DNA of 40,111 bases from assembly GCA_964576435.1 (NCBI GenBank), contig CAZNUP010000002.1, forward strand, positions 1-40,111, in the 5' to 3' direction. Each line of letters opens with the position of its first letter. Position 1 is the stretch's first letter. A program made the translations under genes and the position numbers. Origin of the DNA: an uncultured Gammaproteobacteria bacterium. Its GTDB lineage: Bacteria; Patescibacteriota; Microgenomatia; JAMCZE01. Below, piece by piece: positions 9,074 to 17,448 of this stretch. The notes beneath the pieces are model-generated. The model did not search any database. It had not been told where the DNA came from and worked only from the letters and a program-made list of their open reading frames with translations.

Positions 9074-10132
9074 ATGAAACTTTCAGAAAGTTTTGCACTT
9101 AAACTCTTTGATAAACACGGTATTTTGCATCCTAAAGTTTCTCCCACTAATGGAAAAGTAATTGTTAAGGCAGATATAGCATTGGGAGGGAAAAAAAAGG
9201 CAGGACTTGTACAGATTTGTGACTTTGAAGATGCTTCTAAGATTTCCAAAAAAATGGGAGTGCCAACTGCAATTTATGAATTTATTCCTCACGACGAGGA
9301 ATTTTTTGTGGCCTTAAAAGCAGTTCGGGAAGGAGTTGAAATTTATTATTCTCATGTAGGGGGAGTTGATGTTGAACAAAATTGGGATAAAGTTCAAAAA
9401 ATACTGGTAGCAACTGATTCGATTCTAGAAGAAAAACAACTTTTCGATTTAGTTTTGGAGAAGAGTGTGAGAGAGTGGATTGTACGTTTGTATGAGTTTT
9501 TTCAATTGGAAGATGCTACGTATTTAGAAATTAATCCATTTACTGTTATTAACAAACAGGTGATGCCACTTGGGGTAGTGCTAGTTTTAGATGATGCGGC
9601 TTCCTTTAGGCATCCTGATTGGCCAGATATTGTTGATAATTCAGGTTCAGATCGAGAAAAAAAAGTCCGAGAGGTTGATGAACAAATTAAGGGTTCAGTT
9701 AAGCTGGTTGAGGTTCCTGGAGGTGGAACTACTGCATTGATGGCTGGGGGTGGAGGAGCAGCTTTATTTCTTTGCGACGCGATACTGGAACAAAATCTAA
9801 AACTGGCTGATTACGCGGAATTTTCAGGTAATCCTCCTGATTATGCGGTTTATGAACTGACAAAACAAGTTTTAAAATTGCCTGGAATTAAAAATCTGGT
9901 TATTGGAAGTGGGATTGCAAATTTCACACCGGTTATTGGTAACTTCATGGGGATAATTCAGGCATTTAAAGAGTCTCCGGAAGTTAAAAATTTGAAGATC
10001 GTGATTCGGAGGTGTGGCCCTGAGGAAGATATGGCAATTGCTTTGATGAAAGATTTTGCAAAACAATCAGGGCTAGATATTCAGGTTTTTGGGAGGGAAA
10101 TAGGAATGACACAGATTGTTAAGAAATTATGA
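9074..10132 (+). CDS. ATP-grasp subunit of an ATP-citrate lyase / citryl-CoA synthetase-type enzyme (SucC-like beta subunit)
   Basis: SucC/ACL-beta layout: LEINPF, LVLDDAASFRHPDW, ALMAGGGGAALF, ADYAEFSGNPP. The ACL-type GSGIANFTPVIGNFMGIIQAF (compare ACL GGSIANFTNVAATFKGIV) replaces the SCS-type GGIVRCD. Confidence 0.8.
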   Translation: MKLSESFALKLFDKHGILHPKVSPTNGKVIVKADIALGGKKKAGLVQICDFEDASKISKKMGVPTAIYEFIPHDEEFFVALKAVREGVEIYYSHVGGVDVEQNWDKVQKILVATDSILEEKQLFDLVLEKSVREWIVRLYEFFQLEDATYLEINPFTVINKQVMPLGVVLVLDDAASFRHPDWPDIVDNSGSDREKKVREVDEQIKGSVKLVEVPGGGTTALMAGGGGAALFLCDAILEQNLKLADYAEFSGNPPDYAVYELTKQVLKLPGIKNLVIGSGIANFTPVIGNFMGIIQAFKESPEVKNLKIVIRRCGPEEDMAIALMKDFAKQSGLDIQVFGREIGMTQIVKKL

Positions 10133-10767
10133 ACAAATACCAAGCTGTGATTCCTCTTGGAGGGGGACGAAATAAAAATGGAAGCTTAACAGAAATGTCA
10201 TGTGAGAGGCTTGATAAAGCAGTTGCTGTATTTGAAAGTGGCATAGCGGATCTGATTTTTTCGTTGGGCGGGCATAAAAGCACATATAGACCAAATGCAA
10301 TTGAGTTTAGCCAACCTGGTGGAGTCTTACGTGCTAAATATCTTAGTACAAAAGGCGTTCCAATGGAAAAAATTATCATTTTGAAAATGGAGTGCCGGGA
10401 TACAATTGGAGAAGCGTTGGCAGTTCGTGAATATCTTCAATCCAGTGAAATCAAAAAACTGCTTGTAGTGACGTCGGAATTACATCTTCCTCGGGCATTG
10501 TTTTTGTTTAGAAGAATTCTTGGGACGGGTTTTGAGATTTATGCAGAAAGTGTTCCTTCAAATGGGTTGTTGATTGGGGATGAGGAAAAAGAATATTTGG
10601 AATTAGCTAAAAGATTTTTTTTGGTTAAACCAGCTTATATAAGGGAAAAAAGTTTTGATGAATGGTTTCTTGGGAACCAGGACTACTATTTTAATTTATT
10701 GTCAATTCATGATAAATATCATTCCCTTGGGAAGGAATCTCAAGCTTATTTTGCGGTCAAAGAGTAA
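10129..10767 (+). CDS. YdcF/DUF218 family protein
   Basis: IPLGGG...LIFSLGG...LLVVTSELHLPRALFLF matches the pattern of DUF218 (SanA/YdcF-like) proteins. The start overlaps the upstream stop (ATGA). Confidence 0.7.
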   Translation: MNKYQAVIPLGGGRNKNGSLTEMSCERLDKAVAVFESGIADLIFSLGGHKSTYRPNAIEFSQPGGVLRAKYLSTKGVPMEKIIILKMECRDTIGEALAVREYLQSSEIKKLLVVTSELHLPRALFLFRRILGTGFEIYAESVPSNGLLIGDEEKEYLELAKRFFLVKPAYIREKSFDEWFLGNQDYYFNLLSIHDKYHSLGKESQAYFAVKE

Positions 10768-10776
10768 GTGTGTGAA

Positions 10777-11001
10777 TTATTTTCCGCTTGTAAACTCATC
10801 TACCAACTTGATGGCTTGTTCTAGTATTTCTGGCGTGGGTTTAAAGTCCTTTGGATGGTCGAGGATCCAAGGGTTAGCTGATAAGTCTAGCCGCACACTT
10901 GGGAGTTCGCCAGTGGCAATTTTAGCTAAATCGCCCTCTTCTAGCCTTCTTAGGCTATTTTGATCAATTGCGAATACTAGTGCTAAAACTTCTTTTGGCA
11001 T
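10777..11001 (-). CDS. Hypothetical protein (74 aa)
   Basis: ORF only. It lies on the opposite strand within an otherwise + strand run. Confidence 0.4.
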   Translation of the reverse strand: MPKEVLALVFAIDQNSLRRLEEGDLAKIATGELPSVRLDLSANPWILDHPKDFKPTPEILEQAIKLVDEFTSGK

Positions 11002-11087
11002 GTCAGTGATTTTAGTATTGTGAGAGTGTACTGTCTGTGATTTAAATCATAAACAGAAGTTTAGAAGGAAGGTGGTAAAATTACCAA

Positions 11088-12026
11088 GTGGAAAGGTTTC
11101 GGACAATTTTAATTGGTGGAGATTCTGCAAAGAAGGCTGCTGGTCGAATTGGAGAGTTTGACTATTTGATTGAGCAACCGCTTTCTGTCGTGGCCTTTGT
11201 TAACCCGGCATCTTCAGCACATTTTCAACTTGTGAAATCGGGAGAAAAATGGAGTGATGTACCAATTTTCGACTCGCTTTCTCGAGCACTTGAAAATGAT
11301 AAGGACGTGAACAGTGTTGGAATTCATTTCAATGCAAAGCATGTGCTTCATTGGGTGAAAGAAACTGTTAAACATCCACAAATTAAAACAATTGTGATTT
11401 TAGCGGAAGATGTGCCAGAAAAGGATGCACGGGAGATTGTGGCCTTGCAGAAAAAACATAATATCAACATCCTGGGCCCTTCATCACTTGGGATAATTGT
11501 TGCTGGTCAGGGTAGGATTGGAGAACTGTGTGGGGAGTTCAAAAATCTGCAGCTTTGTAAATTGGATCAAATGGGATGTGTGGGTGTTGTTACTAAGTCG
11601 GGGACTATTGCTGGAGAAATGGCTTGGGTTGTTTCGCAAAATTCTCCTGGAGTGTCGACGATTGTGCAGATTGGAGGAGACACATTTCCAGCAACTGATT
11701 TTGTGCATTGGCTTGATTATTTTTCGAGAAATAAAAATACAAAAGTTGTGATTTTGGCAGGAGAAGCGGGGGGAGACTTAGAAGAAAGAGCAGCGGAGTG
11801 GTTGTCTAAAAATAAGGTAAATTATAAAGTACTGGCGGCAATTTCCGGAAAATTTATGGAAAAAATGCCAAAGGGGCAGAAGTTTGGACATGCTGGGGCT
11901 AAGCAAGAAGAGTCAGGCTATGGATCAGCAGCTAATAAAGTCAAAGTTTTGCGAGAAGCAGGGGTGGAAGTGGTAGAATTTGAGGAACTGGGGAAGAGAC
12001 TCAAGTCAATTAATTATGAAAAATAA
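11088..12026 (+). CDS. CoA-binding/CoA-ligase alpha subunit of an ATP-citrate lyase / citryl-CoA synthetase-type enzyme (SucD-like)
   Basis: GPSSLGII, VGVVTKSGTIAGE and QIGGDTFPATDF (ACL-type GGDRYPGSTF). The phosphohistidine loop is KFGHAGA (ACL QFGHAGA). GTG start is preceded by AGGAAGGTGG. Confidence 0.85.
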   Translation: MERFRTILIGGDSAKKAAGRIGEFDYLIEQPLSVVAFVNPASSAHFQLVKSGEKWSDVPIFDSLSRALENDKDVNSVGIHFNAKHVLHWVKETVKHPQIKTIVILAEDVPEKDAREIVALQKKHNINILGPSSLGIIVAGQGRIGELCGEFKNLQLCKLDQMGCVGVVTKSGTIAGEMAWVVSQNSPGVSTIVQIGGDTFPATDFVHWLDYFSRNKNTKVVILAGEAGGDLEERAAEWLSKNKVNYKVLAAISGKFMEKMPKGQKFGHAGAKQEESGYGSAANKVKVLREAGVEVVEFEELGKRLKSINYEK

Positions 12027-12738
12027 TCTCATCTATTTTAAAAAAGGGGTAAGGCTGGCAAGAGCAAACCTTAGATTATTAGCAATCTCGCTTGGTCTTA
12101 TTCTGCTTGTGAAACTTATTTTTGTGCTTGGCAATGCTGATGTGGGGATTTCATATTTAATCCTGTTACCGATTTCAGTTGTGAGTGTGTTTGTGATGTT
12201 TGGCTATGATTTTGCAAGATATGCTTTTTTGAACCAAGCTGAGTTAGGAAAACGAGCAACTAGCCAGGAGATTAGGGCTAAAACATGGGAAACAACAAAA
12301 AGATTAATTTTGCCAATTTTTGCGTTTTTAGGGCTAATGGCCGTGGGCGGGGTGGCAGTTGGGGTGCTTGTGGCAATAGGAGGGGTTGGAGTTCGAGAAT
12401 TGTTAATGAGCACAGGAAGATATTGGGGTGTGTTTTTCGCTTTTGTCGCAGGAATTTTCTGGTTTGTGCCGACGTTTTTTGTAGTGGAAAAAAGGAAGAT
12501 GAGAGAGGCGATTCCACTGGCACTTCGCTTTTTCTTTGCGCATGTTGATTTTGGAGTTTTATTGTTGGGGATTAACTTTTTGATTGCGGGCTTAGCGTAT
12601 CTGTTGGCGAGTGTGAGTTTTGCACTCGATGCTAATGGCTTTTTGCCGGTAATGTTGACTGCGTGTTTGATGTTTGGTGTTGATTCGAGCGTAGTGTGTT
12701 ACTACCAAGATAAAAAATCCCATGAAAACATTGCCTAA
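12016..12738 (+). CDS. Hypothetical polytopic membrane protein
   Basis: About 6 hydrophobic helices. The ORF is open from 11980, but ATG 12016 (MKNNLIYF) is the more likely start. It overlaps the upstream stop and the relic ccl start at 12722. Confidence 0.65.
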   Translation: MKNNLIYFKKGVRLARANLRLLAISLGLILLVKLIFVLGNADVGISYLILLPISVVSVFVMFGYDFARYAFLNQAELGKRATSQEIRAKTWETTKRLILPIFAFLGLMAVGGVAVGVLVAIGGVGVRELLMSTGRYWGVFFAFVAGIFWFVPTFFVVEKRKMREAIPLALRFFFAHVDFGVLLLGINFLIAGLAYLLASVSFALDANGFLPVMLTACLMFGVDSSVVCYYQDKKSHENIA

Positions 12739-12762
12739 ACCCGTTGAACCGCTTGTGGTGAC
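12722..12762 (+). repeat. Direct repeat copy A: relic duplicate of the 5' end of the citryl-CoA lyase gene (encodes MKTLPKPVEPLVVT, then I-stop)
   Basis: 41 nt, 35/41 identical to 13455-13495, with the last 28 nt 27/28 identical. Reading from ATG 12722 it gives 15 codons ending at TGA 12767-12769, which overlaps the NYN gene ATG 12766 (ATGA). Confidence 0.85.
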
Positions 12763-12765
12763 TAT

Positions 12766-13395
12766 ATGAATACGTTTATTTTTATCGATGCTTCGAATCT
12801 TTTTTATGGGGGAGAGAAAAGTTTGGGCTGGAAGGTCGATTATGAGAAGTTTGCCAATTATTTAAAAGACAAATATCGTGCTCAGGAGATATTTTATTTT
12901 GGAGGCGTAGAGACCCATGGTTTTCCATACGATTATGTTAAATCTGAAACTGTCCCAATTTCAAAACTTGCCAAATATCTCGAAGATTTAGCTAAAAAGG
13001 AAGGGAAAAAATTAAACGAGGCTCAGCTCTTTCTCTTATCAAGACACGTTCAACGAGTTCATTTTTATCGAAAATTGGAAGAGTTTGGTTATAAGTTGTT
13101 TTTAAAACCAGTTAAGACATATACTCAGCCAGATGGGCAAACCGAGCGTAAGGCCAATTGTGATGTGGAGATGGCCTTTTATTTAATGAAGGAAAAAGAT
13201 AATTTTGGGAGAGTGTTGGTTCTTTCAGGAGACGGAGATTTTTTACCGGTTTTGAAGCATCTCAGAAGTGTTGGAAAAGAAGTTTTGATTTTGGCTCGGG
13301 GAGCGCGGACGGCAAAGGAAATAAAGCAGTTCGCTGGTAGTAATTTTAGAGATTTTGTTAAACTTGAGCGAGAAATTAAATATACGGGAAAATAG
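12766..13395 (+). CDS. NYN-domain (LabA/DUF88-like, PIN-fold) predicted ribonuclease
   Basis: IFIDASNLFYGG at the N-terminus, KANCDVEMAFYLM, and VLVLSGDGDFLPVLKHLRSVGKEVLILA match the NYN acidic-residue pattern. Confidence 0.8.
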   Translation: MNTFIFIDASNLFYGGEKSLGWKVDYEKFANYLKDKYRAQEIFYFGGVETHGFPYDYVKSETVPISKLAKYLEDLAKKEGKKLNEAQLFLLSRHVQRVHFYRKLEEFGYKLFLKPVKTYTQPDGQTERKANCDVEMAFYLMKEKDNFGRVLVLSGDGDFLPVLKHLRSVGKEVLILARGARTAKEIKQFAGSNFRDFVKLEREIKYTGK

Positions 13396-13404
13396 GCAAA
13401 AAAA

Positions 13405-13431
13405 GAAGCGGACATACGAAATATCCGCTTC
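13405..13431 (-). terminator. Hairpin with flanking A-tract on + strand (reads as an intrinsic terminator on the - strand)
   Basis: GAAGCGGA (13405-13412) pairs with TCCGCTTC (13424-13431). Seven A residues precede it on + (a T-run after it on -), and there is no T-run after it on +. Confidence 0.4.
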
Positions 13432-13454
13432 ATGTTTAGTGAGGATATTATACC

Positions 13455-13495
13455 ATGAAGAGTCTACCTAAACCAGTTGAACCGCTTGTGGTGAC
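13455..13495 (+). repeat. Direct repeat copy B: functional 5' end of the citryl-CoA lyase gene (MKSLPKPVEPLVVT...)
   Basis: See copy A. This copy is in frame with the full-length gene. Confidence 0.85.
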
Positions 13496-14246
13496 CACGG
13501 TCTTTGATGAAAAAGCCGGGGAGGAGAGATACAAAGGTGTGCCTGTCTCTGAACTTCTCAAGGGGCAACTTGAGGAAACGGTGTGGCTTTTGTGGACAGG
13601 CAAAAAGCCGTCGAAGGTTCAGGCTGATCTAGCGCGGATGATTCTCATCATGGTCGCAGATCACGGTCCGGAAGTTGCTGGGGCATATGCAACGATTTTG
13701 GCAACGTCAGCGGGGCTTTATATGCCGCAAGCAGTTGCCTCAGGAGTGCAAATGATTGGGCCGAGGTTTGGGGGAGCTGCTGGTATGGCGGCAGAGGGAT
13801 TTAAGTTCGCGGTTGAAAACGGGTTCACAGTGGAACAGTTTGAAACGTGGGCGAAAGAAACTAAAGGGTGGCGCACATATCCTGGAATTGGACACAAAAT
13901 TTTCTCACGGGCAAAACCAGATAAAAGAGTTCAAGAGCTGGTCAAATTCGCTAAAGCAAACATCAAGCAGGCTAGAGGGCTAGAGGGTAAGCAGGTTAGC
14001 AGCACGCCACACTTAGATTTTGCTTTAAAACTCGAACAGGAAACTTTGAAAAAGAATGACAAATTGATTTTGAATATTGACGGGTGCATTGGTGCGGTGT
14101 TGATGGATGCCGGATTTCCACTTGAAGGCGTGGATGGGTTCTTTATTCTTTCAAGAACAATTGGTTTAATTGCTCACTTCATTGATCAAAAACAGAGGGG
14201 GACCGGCTTAATCAGGCTTCCGGAGGAATTAGTGCTCCACAAATAG
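13455..14246 (+). CDS. Citryl-CoA lyase / citrate-synthase-like C-terminal module of ATP-citrate lyase
   Basis: At 263 aa it is the size of stand-alone Ccl. GIGHKIFSRAKPDKRVQEL corresponds to the citrate synthase/ACL GHR(V)...PD.R motif, and DGCIGAVLMDAGF...LSRTIGLIAH matches the citrate-synthase small/large domain pattern. Confidence 0.8.
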   Translation: MKSLPKPVEPLVVTTVFDEKAGEERYKGVPVSELLKGQLEETVWLLWTGKKPSKVQADLARMILIMVADHGPEVAGAYATILATSAGLYMPQAVASGVQMIGPRFGGAAGMAAEGFKFAVENGFTVEQFETWAKETKGWRTYPGIGHKIFSRAKPDKRVQELVKFAKANIKQARGLEGKQVSSTPHLDFALKLEQETLKKNDKLILNIDGCIGAVLMDAGFPLEGVDGFFILSRTIGLIAHFIDQKQRGTGLIRLPEELVLHK

Positions 14247-14474
14247 ACCTCTAATTCAGTTCAAACTAGGTTACAAGCAACATTCGGAAGCGGGCGGTAG
14301 AATCCCCAAAAGAAGTGAGGGTATTTTATGGCTGAACAAAAAATTGAACTTTCCATCAACAGGAAAAACTGGATTCATATGGGAGGATAATGCTCTTAAG
14401 GATTTTGATGGTGAAGAAGTTTTAAGATTAGAAATTTGTAATCCTAAATAAGAAGGTATTTTTACCATTAGGTT

Positions 14475-16016
14475 TTACTCAAATATTTCAATTGTATTTG
14501 TGGGTTTTTTAACAATAGGGAGGTCAACTATTGTTGTTCCTTGTTGAGGAACTTTAAAATAAGTATTAACTTCAACAAAGGGAGTAGTTCCATTTTGGGT
14601 CCACTTCATAAGTTTAATTATAAATTTGTCTCCACCTGGTACCTTACAGTAGAAGTAATGATTATCTGTGGGGATTATTGTCGGGGTTTTAATTTGATTG
14701 CAGTTTATGAAGGTTAAATTTTTTGCTAGATCTGGTCTACCTATTGCATAGTTTCCTTGAGAAAGTTTTTCAAAGGTAAAATTTATCCCATTTTTATCAT
14801 TTGTCGAATTTGTTTCGGCTAAAAATGTGTTTGAATTGCCTGTTTTTTTAGCCAATAAAATGGTGGTTCCTTGCAGCGAGGTTTCATTTTTCTCATTGTT
14901 TTTGACGGCATTTAAATTTGAGTCAATAAAAATGCTTCCTTCAACTTTGCCACTTGGTGGAGGAGTTGGACTTGGGACCTTTGTTTGATCAAGGAATTTG
15001 CTATCTGCCATGTTCCAATGTGTAAAGAGATAGTTTCCTTGTTCTGGATGAGTGTGGAAGTAGTCGTCTTTGTTGCAATCAAGTCTGTCGTAGTCCTCAT
15101 CTGCACTACAAACATGTTGTGTTTCTTGTCCATTTGGATTGTCCTTATAGCACATAATGTCGTTCCCATCGAAACAATGCCAATAGCCAGTTGAATGGGG
15201 AGCTGATAGTTGCACTGCTCCAATTGTGTGTGATGCTTCATGGACTATAACTCCTGGAGTGTCATATTTTTTACTGCTCCAACAGGCAACGACTGCGTAA
15301 TCTGGTCCATTATTATTTTTATTTTTGTTAAGCTTTCTATCGTCTGGATTTATTGTCCCTTGGCCACAATAGGGGAAAGTTGAACTGTCTAGAAAGACAA
15401 TATACTTTCTACTTCTTTTATTGAAGCCCTTTTCTTCTAAGGCTGCCATAATTGTTCCAATATTTTCGTCCTCTCCAGGATTTATGACGACATTTGTAAT
15501 TGTTGGTTCGCAGTTTGCTTCTTGAGTTAAACGAAGACCACGATATCCGCCAGTTTGGGCAGAACTTTTGACGAATATGGCATTAGCTTTTTTAAGCCAA
15601 CCTCTAAAGTTTTTGATCTGTTCGGGATTGTAGCGATCGGCTCTATTTGAGGGCCTAACATACAAGGTTTCGAATCTTTCGCCAGATTGACCATTTCCAA
15701 TACAGGGAATTCCTTCTGATTCAAGAAGTGCTTCCGCTTCAACAGTGCCTTTAGTTTGGTATTCGCTCATAGGGTCAGGGCCATGGGTACAAAAAGGAGT
15801 GCCGTCTGATCTTGTCTTGTCTTTAACTTTATAGAGACTGGGGCAGGATTTTTCGTCAATTTCTAGTCCAAGTTTTGTCATTTGTTCTTTAGATAGAAGA
15901 GGTTTTGGTTCTGAGGCTTGTGATTTTAGGGTGGTAACGGTTTTTAGATTGGTGCCAATTGCAAAAGTCAAAATGAGAACTAAGGCAAGAATTGAAAGGC
16001 CAAAAAAGGACTTCAT
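14475..16016 (-). CDS. Secreted zinc metalloprotease-like protein (HExxH)
   Basis: The N-terminal signal/anchor is MKSFFGLSILALVLILTFAIG. VIVHEASHTIG provides an HExxH motif, followed by a Cys/His-rich stretch and then a beta-rich C-terminal domain. The ORF is open to 16037, but ATG 16016 is preferred. Confidence 0.7.
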   Translation of the reverse strand: MKSFFGLSILALVLILTFAIGTNLKTVTTLKSQASEPKPLLSKEQMTKLGLEIDEKSCPSLYKVKDKTRSDGTPFCTHGPDPMSEYQTKGTVEAEALLESEGIPCIGNGQSGERFETLYVRPSNRADRYNPEQIKNFRGWLKKANAIFVKSSAQTGGYRGLRLTQEANCEPTITNVVINPGEDENIGTIMAALEEKGFNKRSRKYIVFLDSSTFPYCGQGTINPDDRKLNKNKNNNGPDYAVVACWSSKKYDTPGVIVHEASHTIGAVQLSAPHSTGYWHCFDGNDIMCYKDNPNGQETQHVCSADEDYDRLDCNKDDYFHTHPEQGNYLFTHWNMADSKFLDQTKVPSPTPPPSGKVEGSIFIDSNLNAVKNNEKNETSLQGTTILLAKKTGNSNTFLAETNSTNDKNGINFTFEKLSQGNYAIGRPDLAKNLTFINCNQIKTPTIIPTDNHYFYCKVPGGDKFIIKLMKWTQNGTTPFVEVNTYFKVPQQGTTIVDLPIVKKPTNTIEIFE

Positions 16017-16037
16017 AATATGATAGTATTTCACCAC

Positions 16038-17345
16038 ATGGCAAGATTTTCTTCAATATTTATATGTCAGCAGTGTGGATATCAAAGTCCAGCCTCACTT
16101 GGAAAGTGCCCAAATTGTGGATCGTGGAATAGTTTTTCTGAGGAAGTTATACAAACCGGGAAAAAAGAGGCAGGTGGCAAACAACACACTACTATTAATA
16201 GTGGTGATGCCAAGCCGGTCAAACTTTCTGAAGTCGCTGAGGCTAAAACCACTCGAATTCCTACTGGAATGGGGGAACTTGATCTGGTTTTAGGAGGAGG
16301 AATTGTTCCTGGGATGGCAGTTTTACTATCTGGAGAGCCAGGAGTTGGTAAATCAACACTTCTTTTAGAGCTTGCTAAGAAAATTCCGGGAGTGGTTTTA
16401 TATGTAGCTGGTGAGGAATCAGCAGCCCAAATTAAAATTAGGTCAACAAGACTCGGAATTAAGGCAGACAACATTGTAGTTTTGGAATCAACTGATGTTG
16501 ACTCAATTGTTTCGACAATTAGTGACAAGTTGAGTTTGGTGATTGTGGATTCAATCCAAACCTTGACCACATCGGATTTATCCGGAACTGCTGGATCAGT
16601 TGGACAGGTTCGCGAATCAGCAGCCCGACTAATTTCTGCAACAAAGTCACTAGGGATTCCGGTTTTTATTGTTGGGCATGTAACTAAGGAAGGAACAATT
16701 GCGGGACCTAAAGTTTTGGAACACGCAGTTGATACTATTATTAATGTAGAAGGTGAGAGATATACGTCACTTCGAATAGTTCGGACTAGTAAGAACCGGT
16801 TTGGGCCAACTGACGAAGTGGGGATTTTTGAAATGAGTGATTCTGGGCTTAAGGAACTTAAGGATTATAGTGGGTATACAAATGAGGAGGCTGATAAGAA
16901 CAAGCCCGGGTCATGTTTAACAATTACAATGGAAGGGACGAGACCAGTTTTAGTTGAAGTGCAGGCTCTAGTTACTTCAACGCCACTTCCAATGCCAAGG
17001 AGAGTTGCGTCGGGCGTGGACTATAACAGACTACAAACTATCATTGCAATTTTACAGAAACGACTATCTATACCATTATATAAGGAGGATGTGTATGTGT
17101 CTGTTTCTGGAGGGCTCAAGATTTCAGAGCCTGCTGCCGATCTAGCTATTGCCTTAGCAATTCTTTCGAGTTTTAAAGATAAAACGTTAACAAATGGAAC
17201 TGCTGCAGTTGGAGAATTAGATCTTTTGGGGAATGTTAGAAGAGTTAATTCTTTAGAGAGAAGAATTAAAGAAGCAAAGAGAATGGGGCTTAAAAATGTG
17301 CTGTCATTTGAGAATTTAAAAAATCTCCAGGGTTTTAAGATCTAA
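16038..17345 (+). CDS. radA: DNA repair protein RadA
   Basis: Zn finger CQQCGY...CPNCGSWNS, Walker A GEPGVGKST, KNRFGPTDE motif and a Lon-like C-terminal domain. The ORF is open from 16020. Confidence 0.95.
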   Translation: MARFSSIFICQQCGYQSPASLGKCPNCGSWNSFSEEVIQTGKKEAGGKQHTTINSGDAKPVKLSEVAEAKTTRIPTGMGELDLVLGGGIVPGMAVLLSGEPGVGKSTLLLELAKKIPGVVLYVAGEESAAQIKIRSTRLGIKADNIVVLESTDVDSIVSTISDKLSLVIVDSIQTLTTSDLSGTAGSVGQVRESAARLISATKSLGIPVFIVGHVTKEGTIAGPKVLEHAVDTIINVEGERYTSLRIVRTSKNRFGPTDEVGIFEMSDSGLKELKDYSGYTNEEADKNKPGSCLTITMEGTRPVLVEVQALVTSTPLPMPRRVASGVDYNRLQTIIAILQKRLSIPLYKEDVYVSVSGGLKISEPAADLAIALAILSSFKDKTLTNGTAAVGELDLLGNVRRVNSLERRIKEAKRMGLKNVLSFENLKNLQGFKI

Positions 17346-17448
17346 CTTTCTTTTTATTTTCTAATCGAGTTCAAAAATATTTTTTTCATGGCATAAATAA
17401 TATAACTATGGGTATATCTTGTAGTGTGTAACTAATTAACTATCGGTC

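Noticed and set aside
13447-13455. Extended -10-like TGGTATAAT on the minus strand overlapping the ccl start codon and pointing at the hairpin 13405-13431. This could suggest a ~45-nt antisense RNA.
   Set aside because: There is no -35 element. The motif is made from the AT-rich SD-to-ATG spacer of ccl, and the product would be little more than the hairpin. It is probably coincidental, and the hairpin polarity is noted under the NYN-insertion finding.
14328-14451. SD-preceded 20-codon mini-ORF (MAEQKIELSINRKNWIHMGG-stop) that continues sensibly in the +1 frame (DNALKDFDGEEVLRLEICNPK-stop). The antisense 65-aa ORF 14271..14468 covers the same region.
   Set aside because: It could be a decayed small gene or a frameshift site, but it is too short to distinguish from chance in AT-rich sequence without homologs. 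The antisense ORF looks non-coding.
16082-16570. 162-aa ORF antisense to radA. Similar long antisense ORFs include 1747-2271, 7480-7983, 8113-8415, 12204-12523, 14912-15241, 18195-18714, 32131-32439, 33113-33825, 34135-34521 and 35337-35675.
   Set aside because: They lie entirely inside genes with clear family signatures on the other strand and have low-complexity or odd composition (Ser/Pro/Leu-rich shadows). They have no independent start or SD support.
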